This document shows positions 47,706 through 54,547 of a stretch of 64,000 nt of DNA, piece after piece; the stretch's first letter is position 1, and each line of letters begins with the position of its first letter. The translations under genes were made by a program, and so were the position numbers. Source of the stretch: a virus (taxonomy: Duplodnaviria; Caudoviricetes); the IMG/VR virus record IMGVR_UViG_3300033076_000638, positions 2,887 through 66,886 of that record; one strand, written 5' to 3'. Under the pieces are notes generated by a model that searched no databases, was not told where the DNA came from, and saw only the letters and a program-made list of their open reading frames with translations.

Positions 47706-48014
47706 ATGACTACCAAATTACAACCGACAAACCTTGACCAGACATTAAATTATTCAGTAAACAAAATAATTGTTTCTGGGGTGGATGTACTCAATTATGC
47801 ACAGTCAGCATTTGCACAGGCAAATACTGGTGCAGTTGCAAATACTTTTGTGCAAGTTGGTTTCCCTATGTCGATGGGTATGATAACCGATGCAACAACG
47901 GGTGGCCTAGGTGGTGAACAACTTATCCAAATCTGGGACAACAGAACAACATTACCAACACACCTAATTTTTGCAAACAATACGATACAACTTGATGCAG
48001 GATATTTAACATAA
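47706..48014 (+). CDS. Miniature fibre/linker protein
   Basis: 102 aa; N-terminus MTTKLQPTNLDQTLNYS matches that of 34971; one AQSAFAQANT repeat; ends LDAGYLT. Confidence 0.7.
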   Translation: MTTKLQPTNLDQTLNYSVNKIIVSGVDVLNYAQSAFAQANTGAVANTFVQVGFPMSMGMITDATTGGLGGEQLIQIWDNRTTLPTHLIFANNTIQLDAGYLT

Positions 48015-48017
48015 ATA
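48010..48017 (+). promoter_or_regulatory. Late promoter (CATAAATA) overlapping a stop codon
   Basis: TAAATA core at 48012-17, upstream of ATG 48037. Confidence 0.5.
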
Positions 48018-48036
48018 CATCTATTAAGGAATAGAA

Positions 48037-48258
48037 ATGCCTACACAATTACAATTTAGAAGAGGTACTACAGCACAGACTGCAACTTTTACCGGCGCAA
48101 CGGCAGAAGTTACTGTTGACACAGATAAAAAGGTTGTTGTAGTGCATGACGGTACCACACCAGGTGGAACAGCATTGGCAACAGAAAACTTTGCCAAGGC
48201 CACGGCCAATACCGCAAATACCGCATATACAAACACGTTTTTATTAATGGGAGCTTAA
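48037..48258 (+). CDS. Stand-alone Mtd_N (major tropism determinant N-terminal)-like protein ending FLLMGA
   Basis: MPTQLQFRRGTTAQTATFTGATAEVTVDTDKKVVVVHDGTTPGG is the Mtd_N-type motif. Confidence 0.8.
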   Translation: MPTQLQFRRGTTAQTATFTGATAEVTVDTDKKVVVVHDGTTPGGTALATENFAKATANTANTAYTNTFLLMGA

Positions 48259-48261
48259 ACC

Positions 48262-48591
48262 ATGCCATCGGTCTTAAAAATCTTGGGTCAATCTAACCCA
48301 GCACCAGCTACTGCTACTACATTGTATACAGTACCTGCAGCAAATAGTACAGTAATTTCCACAATCACAGTTGCAAATTTGGGTGCGGCAGGTGCTTCTT
48401 TTAGAATCGCTTGCAGACCAGCAGGTGCATCATTGGCAAACTCACACTATATTGCCTATGATACAGGTATGGCACCAAACGACACGGTTGGTTTAACATT
48501 GGGTATTACGTTGGCTGCAACTGACGTTATTACTGTTTCCGCAAATACAGGTAACGTTAACTTTACTGCATTCGGTACGGAGAATTACTAA
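48262..48591 (+). CDS. Small beta-sandwich protein (putative fibre-tip adaptor)
   Basis: 109 aa; KILGQSNP..TTLYTVPA..STITVAN; paralogue pattern with 40784. Confidence 0.75.
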   Translation: MPSVLKILGQSNPAPATATTLYTVPAANSTVISTITVANLGAAGASFRIACRPAGASLANSHYIAYDTGMAPNDTVGLTLGITLAATDVITVSANTGNVNFTAFGTENY

Positions 48592-49562
48592 TGGCTATTA
48601 AGAAATCCTCTAATATTGGATTTGCAAATAGGTCTATAATGTATGTTCCTCCTGTTGGAACTGGAGCTCCAGTTGAAGTTGGTTTAACGGCTACTGGTGG
48701 AAACGTAACAACATATTCAACCAGCACAGGTGGCACTTATAGAGTACACACATTTACTACTTCAGGCACATTCACCATTTCATCACTAGGTACAACATTT
48801 AGTAATGTTTCTATCTTAGTTGTTTCCGGTGGTGGCGGAGCACATTCAACAGCATCAGGTGGCGCTGGAGGTGAAATTAGATTTTATGGTAGAGCTGCCG
48901 ATGTTAAAGGATTTACACCACATGGAGCCGAAATCACTAATATGACAGCGAGTTCATATACTGTTACTGTTGGTGCGGGTTCAACTGCTACAACGGCGGC
49001 GATGACTGTTGCTAGTGCATCATCTATATCAGGCACAAATGTATCTATTACTGCTCCAGCCGCAACATTTGATGGTAGTGTAACGTCTACAGCTGGTTAC
49101 TATATTAGTGCCCTTGGCATTAATGCTGTACCTAAAAATACTTTAGGTTTCTTTGGCGGCGGATCATATAATGTATCACCATCCAACGTCATGGATGGTG
49201 CAAGTGGTGGAGGGCCAGGTTACGGCGGCGGCGGATCCGTGCATGGTGGCGGAAAAATATCATCGTGGGAGAACAGCACCGGCGGCGGAAATGGCGGGCC
49301 TGGTTGTTTAGTTAATATGGGATATGATCCATTAATACCCTTCTCGTTTGCTGGCGGAGGCGCCGGCGGCCAAAGAGGAGGATATGGGTACAACAACTCT
49401 AACTTCAAAGCATGGGCAATGCCTGGTTCCGGCGGAGATTCTGGTTATCCAGGAATCGCAAATAGTGGCGGCGGCGGCGGCGGTGGCTGGGGTGGAGGAG
49501 GTAGTGGAAATAACCAGAATGGCGGCAGCGGCATCGTAATCATTAAATATAGAATATATTGA
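48591..49562 (+). CDS. Glycine-rich adhesin-like protein
   Basis: YRVHTFTTSGTFT..ILVVSGGGG…GGSGIVIIKY frame of Gly-rich domains. Confidence 0.75.
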   Translation: MAIKKSSNIGFANRSIMYVPPVGTGAPVEVGLTATGGNVTTYSTSTGGTYRVHTFTTSGTFTISSLGTTFSNVSILVVSGGGGAHSTASGGAGGEIRFYGRAADVKGFTPHGAEITNMTASSYTVTVGAGSTATTAAMTVASASSISGTNVSITAPAATFDGSVTSTAGYYISALGINAVPKNTLGFFGGGSYNVSPSNVMDGASGGGPGYGGGGSVHGGGKISSWENSTGGGNGGPGCLVNMGYDPLIPFSFAGGGAGGQRGGYGYNNSNFKAWAMPGSGGDSGYPGIANSGGGGGGGWGGGGSGNNQNGGSGIVIIKYRIY

Positions 49563-49569
49563 GATAAAA

Positions 49570-49953
49570 ATGGCACATTTCGCACAAATAGATGAAAACA
49601 ATATAGTAACACAAGTTCTTGTTATTGAACAGGACGTAATTGACACTGGTCTTTTTGGAGATCCATCATCATTTATTCAAACAAGTTATAACACACAAGG
49701 TGGTGTTCACGTTTTGGGTGGAACACCACTAAGAAAAAACTTTGCTAGTATTGGATATACATACGATTCTGTAAGGGACGCTTTCATACCACCAAAACAA
49801 TATAATAGTTGGGTATTAAATGAAGATACTTGCCAATGGGAGGCACCAACACCAATGCCAAATGATGGTAAAGTTTATGTTTGGGATGAAGTAACTGTTT
49901 CTTGGAAAGACATGACTTCGGAAGAAGCAACATCAGTAGTAACAATACCTTAA
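49570..49953 (+). CDS. Conserved hypothetical protein (possible adhesin assembly chaperone)
   Basis: MAHFAQIDENNIV..QTSYN..RKNFASIGYTYD..DAFIPPK..SWVLNE..CQWEAP..YVWDE; chaperone role inferred from position. Confidence 0.7.
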   Translation: MAHFAQIDENNIVTQVLVIEQDVIDTGLFGDPSSFIQTSYNTQGGVHVLGGTPLRKNFASIGYTYDSVRDAFIPPKQYNSWVLNEDTCQWEAPTPMPNDGKVYVWDEVTVSWKDMTSEEATSVVTIP

Positions 49954-49975
49954 ATATTTTTGAAAGATTTATAAT

Positions 49976-50353
49976 ATGTCAGCGCATGAACTTGGTTATT
50001 TTGGAAACATTTGGGTCAGACAACACGTTTTAGAAAATAAAGGTGATTCTGGCCCAGCACATACACATTATTTCGACCACATTACACTACTGACAAAAGG
50101 TAGTGTAAGTGTCCAGGTTAAAGGACACGAACCAAAGACTTTTAAGGCACCAACTTTTATTGTTATTAAAAAAGAACATGAACACCAAATAACTGCCTTG
50201 GAAGATGATGTGAATTATTATTGTGTATTTGCATTAAGAAATTTAGATGGTGAAGTGATTGGTGATGTTTATGGAGAAGAACACAATCCAATGTCAGCAA
50301 TGGATTGTCCACCAGATTACCACGAAAAAGTAAAAAAACTAGAGGATCTTTAA
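49976..50353 (+). CDS. Cupin-fold (RmlC-like) protein
   Basis: GDSGPAHTHYFDHITLLTKGSVSV..APTFIVIKKEHEHQITAL matches cupin motifs 1 and 2 with metal-ligand His residues. Confidence 0.75.
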   Translation: MSAHELGYFGNIWVRQHVLENKGDSGPAHTHYFDHITLLTKGSVSVQVKGHEPKTFKAPTFIVIKKEHEHQITALEDDVNYYCVFALRNLDGEVIGDVYGEEHNPMSAMDCPPDYHEKVKKLEDL

Positions 50354-50366
50354 GTATCCAGTTCAT

Positions 50367-50374
50367 ACTAAATA
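50367..50374 (+). promoter_or_regulatory. Late promoter (ACTAAATA) before gp13
   Basis: TAAATA core in the intergenic gap. Confidence 0.55.
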
Positions 50375-50397
50375 CCTTATTATAAGGAGTTTTAGTA

Positions 50398-51171
50398 ATG
50401 GCCACAATCACAAGTAGAGCCGACTTCAAAAATTATTGCCTGAAACGTCTAGGTTTCCCTGTCATAGATATCAACGTTGATGATGACCAGATAGAGGATC
50501 GTATTGACGATGCATTACAATACTGGCACGATTACCATTTTGACGGTCTGCAAAAAGTTTATTACATAAAAAAAGTTACACAAACGGACATTGACAACCG
50601 TTACCTAAACTTGGCTGACGCACAAGACCGTGCCAACAATTCATTGGAAATTACTGGTGTCACCAGAATTTTCCCAATTCAAGACTCACAATCTTCAATC
50701 AATATGTTTGATTTGAGATACCAATTGCGTCTGAATGAATTGTATGACTTCACATCAGCATCCTATATCAACTACACTTTAACTCAACAACACCTACGTT
50801 CTTTGGAACTGATGTTCACAGGTGAAGTTCCGATTCGCTTCAACCGTCACATGCAACGTCTAATGATTGATTGGGCATGGGGACAATCTGAGGCACCAAT
50901 TGGTACCACAATCGTTGCAGAATGTTATGCAACTTTGGATCCAGAAACATATGGCAAAGTATGGAACGACCGTTGGTTGAAAGAATATGCAACAGCACTC
51001 ATCAAGAAACAATGGGGTTCTAACCTTAAAAAGTTCTCTGGTGTCCAATTGCCTGGTGGTGTTACATTAAATGGTGACACAATCTTCAAAGAAGCGGAAG
51101 AAGAAAAACGAGCATTAGAAGCCGACATGGAAAAGAACTATGGTGGTATGCTAGAATTCTACATGAACTAA
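50398..51171 (+). CDS. gp13: Neck protein gp13
   Basis: YCLKRLGFPVIDINVDDDQIEDRIDDALQY; WLKEYATALIKKQWGSNLKKFSGVQLPGGVTLNG. Confidence 0.96.
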   Translation: MATITSRADFKNYCLKRLGFPVIDINVDDDQIEDRIDDALQYWHDYHFDGLQKVYYIKKVTQTDIDNRYLNLADAQDRANNSLEITGVTRIFPIQDSQSSINMFDLRYQLRLNELYDFTSASYINYTLTQQHLRSLELMFTGEVPIRFNRHMQRLMIDWAWGQSEAPIGTTIVAECYATLDPETYGKVWNDRWLKEYATALIKKQWGSNLKKFSGVQLPGGVTLNGDTIFKEAEEEKRALEADMEKNYGGMLEFYMN

Positions 51172-51172
51172 C

Positions 51173-52057
51173 ATGGCAACATCCGTTTACTTCAATAATT
51201 ATAACGCACTCAATGAACAAAGAGTCGTTGAGGACCTAATCGTAGAATCCATTAAGATTATGGGTTTTGATGCGTTCTATTTGCCAAATGATAATGACAC
51301 GGCAAGAGACTTATTGTACGGTGAAGATCCAGTTAAGAAATTTCAATCAGCATTCCCTGTTGAATTCTATCTATCGAGTTCATTGGAGTATAGTGGTGAA
51401 AGAGAATTCTTCTCCAAGTTTGGATTGGAAATCAAAAACAACGCCAACGTTATTATATCAAAACGTTCTTTCTCCCAACGTGTACCACAAAATACATTCA
51501 CACGTCCACGTGAAGGTGACCTAATCTATGTACCATTCCTAAACGGTACTGGTGAATTGTTTGAGATTAAGTTTGTGAACCAAACTAAAGATTTCTTCAC
51601 ATTAGGTCGTAAGATACCATTCTTCTATGAATTAGAAATGGAGAAATTCAAGTATTCACAAGAAGTTATCGACACTGGTGTACCAGATATCGACATGGTT
51701 GTGGACAATTCTGCATACACCATCGACATGAGAATGTCAAATGGTGGTACAGGTAACTATGAATACAAAGAAGAAGTGTTCTATTCAACAGACCAAACAT
51801 TGGCCAACGCAACGGCAGTTGGTACTGTTTCTGAATGGGTTGCAAATACAAAGATTCTATCCATCACAAACATTATGGGTGAATTTACAGCCAACAATTT
51901 AGTGATTGGTGCATCAAGCAATGCAAGATACACAATCTCTAGATATGATCCATTGGATGTGGAATTGAATAATGAAAAGTATGATAATTTATACATAGAA
52001 GAACAAGCAAATTCTATTATTGATTTTAGTGAGACTAACCCTTTTGGTGACATTTAA
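51173..52057 (+). CDS. gp14: Neck protein gp14
   Basis: EDLIVESIKIMG; FFSKFGLEI; RPREGDLIYVP; IIDFSETNPFG. Confidence 0.95.
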   Translation: MATSVYFNNYNALNEQRVVEDLIVESIKIMGFDAFYLPNDNDTARDLLYGEDPVKKFQSAFPVEFYLSSSLEYSGEREFFSKFGLEIKNNANVIISKRSFSQRVPQNTFTRPREGDLIYVPFLNGTGELFEIKFVNQTKDFFTLGRKIPFFYELEMEKFKYSQEVIDTGVPDIDMVVDNSAYTIDMRMSNGGTGNYEYKEEVFYSTDQTLANATAVGTVSEWVANTKILSITNIMGEFTANNLVIGASSNARYTISRYDPLDVELNNEKYDNLYIEEQANSIIDFSETNPFGDI

Positions 52058-53037
52058 TGGCAAACGTATTCTATAACCGTATCATCCGTAAGATGGTTGT
52101 TGGCTTTGGTAATCTGTTCAATGAGATTACCATGGTAAGATACAATCCAGACCTAAGTGAATCAGAAAGATTCTTGGTACCAATCACATACGCACCAAAA
52201 GAACATTATGTGTTGCGTCTTGAAGAAGATTATAATTTGGACAAAAAAGTTCAAATGACTCTACCAAGATTGTCTTTTGAAATGATGGGTATGACATACG
52301 ATCCATCCAGAAAACAAAACACAAACATCAGAAACTATGCACAGACAGCAACTGGTGTTAAAGGACAATACAACCCTGTACCATACAATTTTGATTTTAA
52401 CTTGTATCTGTATGTCAGAAACATCGAAGATGGTACACAAGTCATCGAACACATACTACCATACTTCACACCAGATTACACAATCAAATTAAATTTGATA
52501 CCTGAAATGGGCATCGTCAAAGAAATACCTGTCATATTGAATAGTGCAACACACGATACACAATATGAAGGCAACAGAGAATCTGATCCACGTTTGATTA
52601 TTTGGACATTAAACTTTACTGTCAAAGGTTTTGTGTATGGTCCAGTTTCAAACACAAACGTGATTACCAATTCCATCACCAACATATTGGAACAAATTAC
52701 ATCAGATGATGTTGTTCGTTTTTCAATGAATCCAAATACAGGCACAGGTGATTACCAACTAGGTGAATTGGTGTATCAGGGTTATAGTGCAACGAATTCT
52801 ACTGCATCAGCTAAAGTAACTGGCTGGTCAAACAATAAATTGAGTCTGGTGAACATAGATGGAAACTTCATTTCGTCACAACCAATTTATGGCTATACGA
52901 CAAATGCAAATTATAAGTTTACATCATATAATGTTCAACCTGCACAAAGAGTTGAAATTAATATTGTGCCAGATCCATTAAATGCCAATGCGGCATCACC
53001 CTGGACGGCAAATACGAGAATAAGTGGATCTAATTAA
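52057..53037 (+). CDS. gp15: Tail sheath stabiliser/terminator gp15
   Basis: FYNRIIRKMVVGFGNLFNEI; VPITYAPKE; TLPRLSFEM; PVPYNFDFNL; QVIEHILPYFTPDY. Confidence 0.95.
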   Translation: MANVFYNRIIRKMVVGFGNLFNEITMVRYNPDLSESERFLVPITYAPKEHYVLRLEEDYNLDKKVQMTLPRLSFEMMGMTYDPSRKQNTNIRNYAQTATGVKGQYNPVPYNFDFNLYLYVRNIEDGTQVIEHILPYFTPDYTIKLNLIPEMGIVKEIPVILNSATHDTQYEGNRESDPRLIIWTLNFTVKGFVYGPVSNTNVITNSITNILEQITSDDVVRFSMNPNTGTGDYQLGELVYQGYSATNSTASAKVTGWSNNKLSLVNIDGNFISSQPIYGYTTNANYKFTSYNVQPAQRVEINIVPDPLNANAASPWTANTRISGSN

Positions 53038-53038
53038 T

Positions 53039-54115
53039 ATGGATATTTCAGGTGTCAACTTATCTGGTGTAACAATCAGAGACTTACAATCCGAATTCAA
53101 TATAATTGAAGGCGGTACGATAACATATTACCAAAACTATACAATACACACATTCACCGAAAATACAACACTTACAGTAAAATCATTAGGCAAATCAAAT
53201 AACAGAATCGAAGTTTTCTTGTTAGGTGGCGGCGGAGGTGGCGGCATGCCTGGATCCGGAGTCGGTATTGCCGGCGGAGGTGGCGGTGGCGGTGGAGCAT
53301 TCTATAAATCAAATGCAATATTACCTGTTGGTCAACATGATGTTATTATTGGTCAAGGTGGTGTTGGTGGAAATAACGTAACTGATATGAGAACCAATAC
53401 CGCTGGTGGAAACACACAATTATACAACATGATAGCTCTTGGTGGCGGCGCAGGTGGTACAGCTGGTTTATCATACACATTAGGCGGCGCCAACACATCA
53501 TATTATGAAAATGCAATGGCTGGAGGCAATGGTGGCGGTGCTCACTCTGGAAGATTAAACACAAACTATACATATCTTGGTGGTTTAGGTTTACAAGATT
53601 CTTTCGACTCAACACAACCACAAGCAAATGAATATGGTGGTGGTTATGGTTCTAACCGTGGTGGTGCTGGTTATAGTGAATCAACAAACGCTTGGCGAGT
53701 TGCCGGTGGCGGCGCATGTTTTAGTTTTTTAGGTAATGATGGTACAGCTGCATACACAGATGGAAATAAATGGTATGCTGGCAAAGGAGCCGGTGGCAGA
53801 TATAATTCCAATCCAATAGTAGGTTCAACACATGGAGTATATTCTCCTACATATAATGTTTACTTTCTTGGTGGCGGCGGTGGCGGCGCTGCATATTCCA
53901 CAGATTCGACAACTAGAGGAATTGGTGGTACCGGAGGTGGCGGCGCCGGCGGTGTTGGTGTAACTCCTCAAACCGCATTATATCCAGGAGTCAACGGCAC
54001 AAACGGATACGGCGGTGGCGGCGGTGGTGGTACAGGTTATTCTAACGGTGGAGCAAATGCTTCTGCCGGTAATGGTGGTTCCGGTGTTGTCATCATTCGT
54101 TACCGTAACAGTTAA
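53039..54115 (+). CDS. Glycine-rich adhesin-like protein inserted between gp15 and gp16
   Basis: Likely start ATG 53039 (MDISGV). TIHTFT..EVFLLGGGGGGG…GGSGVVIIRY; paralogue pattern with 48591. Confidence 0.75.
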   Translation: MDISGVNLSGVTIRDLQSEFNIIEGGTITYYQNYTIHTFTENTTLTVKSLGKSNNRIEVFLLGGGGGGGMPGSGVGIAGGGGGGGGAFYKSNAILPVGQHDVIIGQGGVGGNNVTDMRTNTAGGNTQLYNMIALGGGAGGTAGLSYTLGGANTSYYENAMAGGNGGGAHSGRLNTNYTYLGGLGLQDSFDSTQPQANEYGGGYGSNRGGAGYSESTNAWRVAGGGACFSFLGNDGTAAYTDGNKWYAGKGAGGRYNSNPIVGSTHGVYSPTYNVYFLGGGGGGAAYSTDSTTRGIGGTGGGGAGGVGVTPQTALYPGVNGTNGYGGGGGGGTGYSNGGANASAGNGGSGVVIIRYRNS

Positions 54116-54121
54116 TAAATA
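54114..54121 (+). promoter_or_regulatory. Late promoter (AATAAATA) before gp16
   Basis: TAAATA core immediately upstream of ATG 54128. Confidence 0.55.
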
Positions 54122-54127
54122 GAAACT

Positions 54128-54547
54128 ATGAATACATTTGACAAAAACATGGAAAAGATATTTGATGTTACACCGGTTGAACCAGTGGAAAAACCATTGG
54201 TGCCTGTCGAACCAAAATCTCCAGTAGACAACTTGGATCTAAAACAAGACCTAGTTGATTCTTACGAACAAACAAAATCAAATCTACAAGACCTAATTGA
54301 TTCAGGTAAAGATGCAATGGAAGAATTGCGTCAGATTGCCAGTGCAGGCCAGCACCCACGTGCCTTTGAAGTTTATGCCACGTTACTAAAGAATATGGTA
54401 GACGCAAACAAAGAACTTTTGAATGTACAAAAACAGATGCGTGATATGGATGGAAAGAAGAAAGATGATGGCGGCACCAAGATTGACAAAGCCATTTTTG
54501 TTGGTTCTACTGCTGAGTTGAACAAACTCATTAAAGGCAAAGAATGA
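54128..54547 (+). CDS. gp16: Terminase small subunit gp16
   Basis: LKQDLVDSYEQTKSNL..GQHPRAFEVYATLLK..AIFVGSTAELNKLI. Confidence 0.93.
   Translation: MNTFDKNMEKIFDVTPVEPVEKPLVPVEPKSPVDNLDLKQDLVDSYEQTKSNLQDLIDSGKDAMEELRQIASAGQHPRAFEVYATLLKNMVDANKELLNVQKQMRDMDGKKKDDGGTKIDKAIFVGSTAELNKLIKGKE

Noticed and set aside
48037-48258. Diversity-generating retroelement suggested by the Mtd_N-like gene
   Set aside because: There is no reverse transcriptase or Avd gene, no non-coding template repeat, and the repeat mismatches I checked are not adenine-specific. A DGR elsewhere in the genome cannot be excluded.
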